From Pachysolen tannophilus NRRL Y-2460 (Eukaryota): 64,000 nt of DNA. The notes under the pieces are model-generated. The model saw only the letters and a program-made list of their open reading frames with translations. It was not told where the DNA came from and searched no databases. Both the position numbers and the translations under genes were made by a program. Below, one piece after another: positions 54,995 through 64,000 of the stretch; within the stretch, counting starts at the first letter, position 1, and each line of letters starts with the position of its first letter. The stretch is from positions 1,972,418 to 2,036,417 of the forward strand of contig KV454012.1 in the NCBI GenBank assembly GCA_001661245.1, written 5' to 3'.

Positions 54995-55708
54995 TATCTA
55001 TAGATTTATCCAAAAATATATATTTCAAAAAAAAAATTAAGAAATAAAAAGAAGAATTATAAATATATATTTTATATTTTAAAAATAATTTAATATTTAT
55101 AATTAAACGCCAATAGATTTAAAGGCTAGATTAAGAGAGCTTCACCAATTACCTGTTCAATGTGTTTTACCTTTATACGTGCGCACAAAACAAAAACAAA
55201 CAAACGAAAAAAAAAAATTTAAAGAAAGAAAGAAAAAAAAAGAAGGGTAACTTTGGGGAAAACATACACGACCATAAATCCGATTTTGATTCTGTCAAAA
55301 AATTTTATTTTTTTAATTTTTGCTAATTTCTTAAAGGGTAAATTAGAGGGTCGTGTATAAACACATAGAGTGCTCCTAAAAAGGAAATGTTTTAAAAATC
55401 AGCCATCTCTTTATGCTTAATCTATTGATTATGCTTTCTCTCTACATTGTTTTTTTTCTTTTCTTTTTTTTTTTATTTTTTTTCCCTGTTTCTTATAGTA
55501 GTAAGATCGGGCCAGTAAGATGGGACAGCAGCCTTATCCATGTTTAAAATTAAATCAAAAATTTAGTTGTTAGTTATTAGTTGTTAGATATAGATATGGG
55601 TATTTAATATTTTATATAACCATAACTTTGGGTTTACGTCTGTGTGTTGTTTTGAAATCGATAGATACTTTCGATAAAGTGATAGTACAAAATAATTTAT
55701 AAAGTTTC

Positions 55709-57322
55709 ATGCTGAAAGTACGTTATGTTCTGATTGCGAACCCATCGAGTTCTAAATCAGTGACTCCAGAAAATGAAACTCATGATATTTATGCTTCTAG
55801 TCATTATTCATCATCTCTGAATTTACAAAGTATACGGAGTAATAATAAGAATCAAATTGGAAATCAAGATACATTCGTATCTGATCATGATCATAATGTC
55901 TCATCTATAATGTATGCTCCAATTCCAACTACTATTATTCCTAAAGTTACAATGAGTACTTCAAATCATTCATATCCAAATAGTTTTGAATCTGAAGAAT
56001 CAAATACAATTCATGGAAAATATCAAATAGTTCGACAAAGAGCTTTTACTTCAGCATTAAATAGCAGTGATCTGAATATAAATATGGTACGAAGAAAATC
56101 TTCAAAAAGACAAATTCGAATTAAAAGAGCTCCATCTATAAAATCTCTGCATAAATCAATAGTTAGTACAATGGGAGGAGGAGATATTGAAACAGAATTA
56201 GGAACTAAACAATTACAAGATCATGGAATGATTAAAATTAAAAAAAATTATTTAGTTACAAGGAAAAAATTATTTCAATTTGTACCTTTATCTAAAAAAA
56301 AATCAATAAAATATTTATTTCAAAATAAAGAAGATTTATATAAAACTGTCAATTTTTTAGAAGAACCTTTTAATTATGATGATTTAAATTCTTTAAATAC
56401 AAGAAAACAAATTGAACCAGCTTTAATCAAAGTTTTTGAAATAAAAAATGGGAAAGAATATATTAAACCAAAACCAAGATTAAAATCAAGAATTAAATTT
56501 GCAAGTTTAGATATGAAAAATAATTTATTTTTAGAGACTCCAAGTGAAAATTTACTGGAACAATATTATAGAATTTATCATACAAATTTATATAATGATA
56601 TTGATAAAAAAAATCAATTTCATCATAATCAACATGATACTGATAAAGATAATAATTATCCTCATTTGACAAAAAAACAAACAATTAAAAAACAACCACT
56701 GGAAAAATTAGTTTTAAAAAAATTAAATCAAGAAAGAGAACAAAAATACCAATCTTTTAAAAAAACCGTATTTAATTCAAAAATTACTGAATTTTCTGAT
56801 CCAAAAAATATTGATATCGACAATTATTATTTGACTCGCTTAATATTAGAAATATATTATAGAAGGAAAATAGCATCAAGAATTAAACTTAAGTTGAATT
56901 TGGAATTATCCTCTTCAGAATCTGAAACAGTCAAATCGGCTTCTAACATTGGAACTGCTGCTAATAGTAATAATCAAAAATTACATGAAAGTTTTTCAAC
57001 TAGCAAAACTAGCAAAACTGATTCTAAAAAAGAAGAATTTCAAAGAAGAGAGCCTGCTACTTACGTTAATGATGTTGAAAGGGCTTATACTTTCCCACCA
57101 CCTTTAGTATATGATGAATCTTCTTCCGAACCAGATGAAAGTTTGAATTCCCATGATGATTCTGACTCAGCTTTTCTGTCTTTATTTAACGATATTAATA
57201 GTGTCATGAGAAGCCTCAGTGATGATAGTAGTAGTTCAGGGAAAAAAAGTGACAGTTGTAGTAACGGTTTTGGAGATACGAGTAATGCTAATGTTGGAAA
57301 TAGTCGAAAAGTTTTTTACTAA
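55709..57322 (+). CDS. Uncharacterised basic/Ser-rich protein
   Basis: 537-aa open frame with no domain I recognise. Lys-rich middle, acidic Ser-rich C-terminus. Confidence 0.7.
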   Translation: MLKVRYVLIANPSSSKSVTPENETHDIYASSHYSSSLNLQSIRSNNKNQIGNQDTFVSDHDHNVSSIMYAPIPTTIIPKVTMSTSNHSYPNSFESEESNTIHGKYQIVRQRAFTSALNSSDLNINMVRRKSSKRQIRIKRAPSIKSLHKSIVSTMGGGDIETELGTKQLQDHGMIKIKKNYLVTRKKLFQFVPLSKKKSIKYLFQNKEDLYKTVNFLEEPFNYDDLNSLNTRKQIEPALIKVFEIKNGKEYIKPKPRLKSRIKFASLDMKNNLFLETPSENLLEQYYRIYHTNLYNDIDKKNQFHHNQHDTDKDNNYPHLTKKQTIKKQPLEKLVLKKLNQEREQKYQSFKKTVFNSKITEFSDPKNIDIDNYYLTRLILEIYYRRKIASRIKLKLNLELSSSESETVKSASNIGTAANSNNQKLHESFSTSKTSKTDSKKEEFQRREPATYVNDVERAYTFPPPLVYDESSSEPDESLNSHDDSDSAFLSLFNDINSVMRSLSDDSSSSGKKSDSCSNGFGDTSNANVGNSRKVFY

Positions 57323-57478
57323 TAAGTAAATATATAGCATATTACATAGATATATATAATCTATATTGATGAACAATTTATTTGGTAATCACAAAAATTT
57401 TTATATACAAATTAAAACAAGAATTATTAGTAATATTAAAAAAAAAATAAAAAAGAATAGTTATAATCTATTAATGCT

Positions 57479-60337
57479 TCAATGCTCATTTAACCATTTT
57501 AATAATTCATCATTTGCTGAATTCAATTTAATTTTCTCTTCATTTGCAAGCTTTATTTCTTCGAAAATTTCATCTAATTTGAATTTTTCCATTAATTTGG
57601 AATTTGTCTTCTCTCCGACAAATTTCTCTAGTATTATAAGATCTTTTTTATCATTAATCATAATACCAAAAACTAATTTCGTAATATTAGATAATGTTGC
57701 TCTTAGTTGAGTGGAATAATCTGAACCTTCTCTTAACGATTTCAGAAACCAAGAATCAAAATGCAAATGGTACCAATCCCAAAGCTTGTTTTTCAAATCT
57801 TTTTGAAAAGTTAAACCAATCAAAGCCAATTCAATCAACTTTGTGTCAATGTTAGTCATTACAAAATTCAAAGTTTTCAAAACTAAATCAGGTTTGGTTG
57901 TATAACCCAAAGACAAAACAGCAGCTGTTTGAATAGAGCCTTTAGCATTATGATCTGGTCTCTCAATTATATTATTCACAGTGGTACCAGGTGATTTGGC
58001 GAGTGCTAAAATTTCCTTGTATTCCTTCTGTGAAGCTGTCTTCATCACACTCGTCAAAATTGAATTTAACAATTCAGGAGGAACAGAAGATTTAGGACCA
58101 TGAATAAGATTTTTAAACAATTTTTTAGAAATTTGATTTGATTCATTTGGACAAATTTTTGAAGACATCATTAAAAGCTCATTTCTTGAATTAAGTTCTA
58201 CTGTTGTAAGTTTGGAATAATCAATTTCATGAACTGACCATAATTTTTTGATCAAAGAAGAAATAAATTTTGATTGCCATTTTTCCAATTTGTTGTTCAA
58301 GTCTTTATTGGAATCGCCACTAACTAAAACTATGGCAGAAGTTATATTTTGTAAAATTTTAAGAGCTATCTCCAATGAATTAAATTCTAAAACTGCTGTT
58401 TTTGCATTTAATGCATCTAATATTTCAAAAATGCCCAAAATGTCGTCAACTGCTTGATATTCCTGTGCTATAAGTTTGCTCAAATCATTTAAGATACAAA
58501 CCAAGTCTAAAGTTTTCAATTTATTTAATTTAATTGCACTTGAAACATTTTGATAAAACTCCAGCTGGTATTGAACTCTTAAAATATTAGAATAATTAGG
58601 GTTCAAAGAAATCAATTCCGATGAGGGTAAATCCAAATCCAATTTTCTATCAACCAATAACTGCCTAACAATAGAACCATTTGACAATTTACAAGTAACT
58701 GGAACATGATATGGAACATCTTCAAGATCAGTATTTTCAACTAGAATTCCATATAGGTAGCGATGTTGTTCCAAGTGAACTTTATTTTCAGCATTCGAAG
58801 ATACTTTAATGATTGGAAATCCTGGATTTCTTGTCCATGAATGCATAAAAGTAGAAACATCATATTTCTTAGTATTTAGAGGAGATTCTGTAATAAATTT
58901 CCATAAATCTGTTGGTTTTATTGTCTTAAATTGGTTAACGTTCAAATAATTTCCAATAATTTGTAGCAAAGAATCAAAATCATCATCATTTTTTTCACTA
59001 AACAAATTACCCAACATTCTCAATAAAAAGATTCCTTTATGATAAGAATGATTATCCAATGCATCTTGTGTTGTAATAATTTTTAAAGAGTGTTTTACGA
59101 AAATTGGGTTTGAAGAAGGTAAAGAATCATTATCAAGATATGATTGCAAATCATGTGTAGATTGATATTCCCAAATTTTACAATCTTTTTCATCCAAATT
59201 CAATTTTTGTAAACATGAATAAGCTAACCATGTAGCAAAAGATTCGTTTAACCATATATGATTCCATTCGTCAAAAGTGATTAAATTTCCAACCCATTGA
59301 TGAACTAATTCATGGACAACGACTTCTCTAATACTCATTGTTTGCTTACTATATAGAGAATCATGAATTAAATCAGGATCTATAAGTAAATATGATTTTT
59401 GGATTTGAATGAGCCCCCAATTTTCCATTGCTGCATCTGATAAGAAGGGTAATGCAACGAAATCTAATTTATCCAATGGGAAAGGATGATGAATCATTGA
59501 TTCTAATATTGGTAATGCCAATGAAACTATATTTAATGCATATGAGGCTTCAGACAATTCTCCTATTGTTGTATAAACTCTTATTGGGATTTCTCTACCA
59601 TTTATCAAATTCACTTTTTTTTCAACATAATCCAAATTACCAACGGTAAAACCAAATATTGAAGTAGCCATTGGTAAAGTTTTTTTAAACTTTACTAATT
59701 TTTGCTTTTTATTATCATTTTGCAAAATCTCAACATTTTCAACTAAAGAGTTGGATAAACAAGTAAAACTTGGATCTGTAGTAATATTTAATTGGAAAGT
59801 TGATTTATTTGTTAATTCATCAATACATGGGAATATCAATTTTGCATATTTGGGTTGACAATGTGTAGAAATTACATAATTATCGGCTTTACCTGTGACA
59901 CCATTTAAATAATTCGTACTAAATACACCTGAAGTAGTATCTTTAAAAGTTAAAATATTTTTAATCTTACCCATATATTTTAAGTCAATTTGCAAATCTT
60001 GTAAAGAAGAAAAATTATTAAAACTTGAATCAAGAAAAATTTTAACTCTTTCCTTTACTCTATCATACGATACTTTAGCTTTTTCAGACAAATTAGCACC
60101 TTCACTAATAAACAAGGCATTTGTAATAACTATATTGGAGCAATCAAAGGACAAACTAAATTCATCATCTCTATCTTGAACATATTTCCCATTTCTAACC
60201 AAATCTAGTATTAAATGTCCTGAAAAATTTGGCCTTGTTGGAGTGAATTCAAGATCCAACTTATAATTTGAAGGCAAAAACAGATTTGCTAGAACCAAGG
60301 GTAACTCATCAATTGAACTCGACATTACTTCTCCCAT
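57479..60337 (-). CDS. TMA108: M1 aminopeptidase-like ribosome-associated protein Tma108
   Basis: HELVHQW-x-NESFATW zinc motif and AAMENWG in place of GAMEN. The N-terminal PSNYKLDL..PNFSG and the divergent motifs fit Tma108 better than Ape2/Aap1. ATG at 60337 or 60325. Confidence 0.78.
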   Translation of the reverse strand: MGEVMSSSIDELPLVLANLFLPSNYKLDLEFTPTRPNFSGHLILDLVRNGKYVQDRDDEFSLSFDCSNIVITNALFISEGANLSEKAKVSYDRVKERVKIFLDSSFNNFSSLQDLQIDLKYMGKIKNILTFKDTTSGVFSTNYLNGVTGKADNYVISTHCQPKYAKLIFPCIDELTNKSTFQLNITTDPSFTCLSNSLVENVEILQNDNKKQKLVKFKKTLPMATSIFGFTVGNLDYVEKKVNLINGREIPIRVYTTIGELSEASYALNIVSLALPILESMIHHPFPLDKLDFVALPFLSDAAMENWGLIQIQKSYLLIDPDLIHDSLYSKQTMSIREVVVHELVHQWVGNLITFDEWNHIWLNESFATWLAYSCLQKLNLDEKDCKIWEYQSTHDLQSYLDNDSLPSSNPIFVKHSLKIITTQDALDNHSYHKGIFLLRMLGNLFSEKNDDDFDSLLQIIGNYLNVNQFKTIKPTDLWKFITESPLNTKKYDVSTFMHSWTRNPGFPIIKVSSNAENKVHLEQHRYLYGILVENTDLEDVPYHVPVTCKLSNGSIVRQLLVDRKLDLDLPSSELISLNPNYSNILRVQYQLEFYQNVSSAIKLNKLKTLDLVCILNDLSKLIAQEYQAVDDILGIFEILDALNAKTAVLEFNSLEIALKILQNITSAIVLVSGDSNKDLNNKLEKWQSKFISSLIKKLWSVHEIDYSKLTTVELNSRNELLMMSSKICPNESNQISKKLFKNLIHGPKSSVPPELLNSILTSVMKTASQKEYKEILALAKSPGTTVNNIIERPDHNAKGSIQTAAVLSLGYTTKPDLVLKTLNFVMTNIDTKLIELALIGLTFQKDLKNKLWDWYHLHFDSWFLKSLREGSDYSTQLRATLSNITKLVFGIMINDKKDLIILEKFVGEKTNSKLMEKFKLDEIFEEIKLANEEKIKLNSANDELLKWLNEH

Positions 60338-60524
60338 TTCTATCAATCAATAAACTTAATCACAATACGTTATTAAGAAAAAGAAGAAGAAGCTTTTTTT
60401 CTTTCTCTATATTGGTTGGTATACTAAGTGTACTCAAGTACGCTTCTTCCCACATCTTCCTAACAAAAATTTTTCAGTATTCCAATACACGACCACGATT
60501 GTTTTTTTCTTCTATTTTTGTTAA

Positions 60525-60553
60525 GACGTTTTGTGACGTTTTGTGACGTTTGT
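60525..60553. repeat. Tandem GACGTTTTGT repeats (x3) in the TMA108/APJ1 divergent promoter
   Basis: Seen directly; another copy lies at 60705-60714. Confidence 0.8.
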
Positions 60554-61490
60554 TTACACGCGCACTACCTTCAAAAAAAGCGTTAAAAAATTAATCTTTT
60601 TTTTAATTTCAAACCCAAAGCCGAAAATGGACAAAAAGAAAAAATAAAAATAAATAATTTTTTCTGGTATTTACGCACACTACCGCAAATATTTACTTTT
60701 TCTAGACGTTTTGTATCTTTGAACGCAAGAAAACAAAAGAAAAAAAAAGAAAACTAAACGTAAAGAGAGGAGGAACAAGAATTAAAACGCAGTACTATAG
60801 AAAATTAATCAATAGTTACAACAACAAGAATTCATATTAATGAAAAGGAAGAGGAAGAAAAAAAAATTAGAAATATATAAAGTAAAAAATTATCCGCTGA
60901 TGTAGTATTTATGAATTTAATCTAGAAAAAAAAAAATTATTCTTTTTGCTTATTAGTGTTTGTTTTTTTTTTTGGGGGTGGGGGGTTGGTTTTCTTTTAT
61001 ATAGTAGAAATTTTACGTAGAATTCCATGGAAATTTTGTACAATATAAAATTTATGCAAAATGGCCGCACACCATATTTATTTCATGAGCCAAAGTCTGA
61101 AAGAATCATAATATATATTATCTATATACTAAATAAAATACATTTTATTTACAATTTATAATATATTAAATTAATTAATTTGTATTAATTTAATTCAGTT
61201 TTATTCTTATAAATTTTAGAATAAAAGTGGAATTTAACTGATTTATTGTTGATATATATTGCTAAAAAAAAAAAAAAAAAAAAAAAAATAAAAGAGTTTT
61301 ATTATTCTTTATTAGTCTTATCTGTTTAGTTGGTTGTTTTTATTTTTATTTTTTTTTTATTTTATATGTTTTTTAATATTTTTTCCTTCCACTTTTGCTG
61401 TTGTTTTTGTTTTTATCAATCATTCAATACAATATAAAAAAATATATAAAAAAAAGTTGGAAATAGAATTTTAATTTAGTTCTTAAACAA

Positions 61491-62993
61491 ATGGTTAAGG
61501 AAACGAAATTGTACGATATATTGGGTTTACCGCTGAATGCAAATAAAGCCCAAATTAAGAAAGCATATAGAGCAAATGCATTGAAGTATCACCCAGATAA
61601 AAATCAGCATAATTTTCAAGCTACAGAAAGATTTAAAGAAATAAGTAAAGCATATGAAGTTTTATGCGATGATGAGAAAAGATTAATTTATGATAGATAT
61701 GGTGATGACGGATTAAATGGTAATTATAACGATACCGCCAATGGCGGTACTGGTAGAACGGCAACAACAACAACGGCATCGACGGCGGCGACCTCGGCCT
61801 TTATGAATGCAGATGATTTGTTTTCTCAATTTTTTGGAGATTCATTTTTTAGTTCTTCTGGAGCAAGTTCATTTTTTGCAACAAGTAGTAGTAGTAATGT
61901 TGGTGGTGGAGTTGGAGTTGGAGTTGGAGGTAGTGGCTCTAGTGCTAATTCGAGAAGAAAAGGTAAAAATATTTATCATAGTTTAACTTATGATTTACAA
62001 GATTTATATAATGGGAAATCAATAAGATTAGGTCTAAATAAGCAAGTAAGGTGTGAGATTTGCGGAGGTAAAGGTGCATCACTGGAAAATATTAAAAAAT
62101 GTTTCCAGTGTGATGGAAGAGGAATTCAAGTAATTGAGAGATCAATGGGGATGATGGTTCAACGAGTTAGATCAACTTGTGAACGGTGTCGTGGTTCTGG
62201 AGAATTTGTTTCACCAAAGGATAGATGTTCTAAATGTAATGGGGGTGGATATTATGATACAAGGAAAATTTTATCTATAGATATTCGTCCAGGCACTAAA
62301 GATGGCGAGTCAATCGTTTTGAAAAATGAAGCAGATGAAGGTCCAAATATCATACCAGGTGACGTTATAATAACTATACATCAAAAAATTCATCATTTTT
62401 TTGAAAGAAAAGATGATGATTTATATGGTGTTGTTGATATTGATTTATTAACAGCTCTTTGTGGTGGTTCTGTTATGGTGAAGTATTTCAATAATAAGTT
62501 AATAAAAATTGATATCTTAAAAGGTGAAATCATTAAACCAGGAGATGTAAAAGTTATAAAAAATTATGGTATGCCTCGCTATTATAATAATGGGAAATTT
62601 AGTGAAGGTATTATAGGTTATGGTGATTTATTCATCAAATTTAATATTATATTCCCACAGCCAAATGAATTGACCGATCAAAATTATCAAACATTAGAAA
62701 AAGCATTACCAATGAGACCCTCAGTGAACATTCTGCAAGCTACAAAAAACAGCAACAATATTAATGGAAGTAATACAAATAAAGATGGGACTACAACTGA
62801 TAGTAACGGTGGTATTCAAAACTGTAGCGTTGATGAAGTTGTCTTATCAGATTTGGATTCCGCAAGATATGTAGATAATAGTGTTTTTGATAATGGCAAT
62901 TTTCTTGGAAAGAAGAAGCGTCGTCGTGGATATTTTGGTAACAACGTTGATGCTGAAGATTTTGATGGGGACGACAGGATTCGTTCCGCTTGA
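61491..62993 (+). CDS. APJ1: Class A (type I) Hsp40/DnaJ co-chaperone, Apj1-like
   Basis: J-domain with HPD, G/F region and four CxxCxGxG repeats. No C-terminal CaaX (ends RIRSA) and an NLS-like KKKRRR, which favours Apj1 over Ydj1. Confidence 0.7.
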   Translation: MVKETKLYDILGLPLNANKAQIKKAYRANALKYHPDKNQHNFQATERFKEISKAYEVLCDDEKRLIYDRYGDDGLNGNYNDTANGGTGRTATTTTASTAATSAFMNADDLFSQFFGDSFFSSSGASSFFATSSSSNVGGGVGVGVGGSGSSANSRRKGKNIYHSLTYDLQDLYNGKSIRLGLNKQVRCEICGGKGASLENIKKCFQCDGRGIQVIERSMGMMVQRVRSTCERCRGSGEFVSPKDRCSKCNGGGYYDTRKILSIDIRPGTKDGESIVLKNEADEGPNIIPGDVIITIHQKIHHFFERKDDDLYGVVDIDLLTALCGGSVMVKYFNNKLIKIDILKGEIIKPGDVKVIKNYGMPRYYNNGKFSEGIIGYGDLFIKFNIIFPQPNELTDQNYQTLEKALPMRPSVNILQATKNSNNINGSNTNKDGTTTDSNGGIQNCSVDEVVLSDLDSARYVDNSVFDNGNFLGKKKRRRGYFGNNVDAEDFDGDDRIRSA

Positions 62994-64000
62994 GAAAAAA
63001 AAAAAGGGAAAAAGAAAAGTTTTAGTATTAATTAATAAATTAAGTCAATAATTCCATAGAACAATAGATCTAGCTGAAGAAAAAAAAAAACTAAAAGTAT
63101 TATAAGAAACTCTCATCAAAAAGATACGAAAATATTAGGAAACATAGGGAAAACGGGGGTATTAATCATAGGTAAATTATAAAATAAATCAGGTTGGTTG
63201 ATTTTAAGATTTTTTTAACTTTTTTTAACTTTTTTTTTTTTTTTTTTGTTTTTCTTTTTGTGGTCCAAATTGCAGTTGGGTTTGGTCTGTTTTGCTTATA
63301 ATATATATTAATTAAACATAATCAAATATGTCTAGTTGAAAATATGTATATATTGCGTCCATATTCGTTAAAGGTAAAATTTTAATTTGCTGGAAAACCC
63401 TTTTTTTTCAGCCTTCGGCAATATCGCGCTTACTTCCATCTGCATCAAATTATTAAATAAACGAATTTTTCATGCATTTTTTGTAAAAAACTAATTTTTA
63501 GAGACAAACTTTAGACGAAATTTGAAGCAAATAGAAATTAAAAAAGTATCTTGAAAAGTTGAAAATGAAAAAAAATGCAATAGCCGTTATATGGATTATG
63601 TGGCTTATGCTAGACAACCAATAATTCAAGTAAGACTTTTCTTTTTTTGGTTTTTTTGCTTTAAGCAAAAAAGGATCAGCGCGACAATCTTCAATTTCTT
63701 TAGATTTTCTTTGCTTTAAACTTAGCTAGCCAACTCAACGTCGATTGAAATTAATGAAAATAATAAAAAATGGTTCGACTGTATGGAACCGAAGAGATTT
63801 AAAAAGAAAAAAAATTGAATTTAAAAATTTTGGATTGGGGGATAATTCAGTAACAATAAAGCATGCGGATTTCTGTCAAATCTAATTGCCCTGTACTGAG
63901 CTTTTATTTTACCTGCATATTTAATATGGATTCATGAGGCTCGAATCTTGAATAAAATTTTAAACCTATTTTAAACTAATGCTTCTCGAGCAGTTTTTTT

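Noticed and set aside
63590..64000. Possible first exon (ATG...CAA|GTAAGA) or tRNA B-box-like strings (GGTTCGACT, GGCTCGAATC) at the end of the window
   Set aside because: No consensus branch point, no cloverleaf or A-box, and the window ends before any downstream exon could be tested.

Overview
This is a eukaryotic, AT-rich budding-yeast (Saccharomycotina) chromosome segment. It has long poly(A)/poly(T) intergenic tracts, three assembly gaps and about 27 protein-coding genes. Recognisable genes: a DIG1-like gene, ELP3, a CTR copper transporter, GVP36, a SUZ-domain protein, ketopantoate reductase, DOT6/TOD6, POL2, SAS3, PIN4, SBH1/2, AIM10 (mitochondrial ProRS), an FMP16-like gene, PEX13, YND1, an NT-C2 protein, EOS1, SWS2, tropomyosin, TMA108 and an APJ1-like J-protein. 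There are also several orphans. The main signal is a non-standard genetic code: in-frame CTG codons fall at conserved Ala positions in ELP3, POL2 and the SUZ protein, not at Leu or Ser positions. This points to the CUG=Ala clade (Pachysolen/Nakazawaea/Peterozyma type, NCBI table 26), so the supplied ORF track mistranslates CTG. This code is established for that clade and is not new. Five genes have a short 5'-proximal spliceosomal intron that the ORF track missed. The best candidate for something undescribed is a secreted Cys-containing orphan (50829-51725) with an aerolysin-like amphipathic beta-hairpin pattern, which could be a pore-forming toxin; this is inference only. I recognised no tRNA, rRNA, transposon or CRISPR. 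Homologue comparisons are from memory and need checking by alignment. [A] marks a CTG codon read as Ala.
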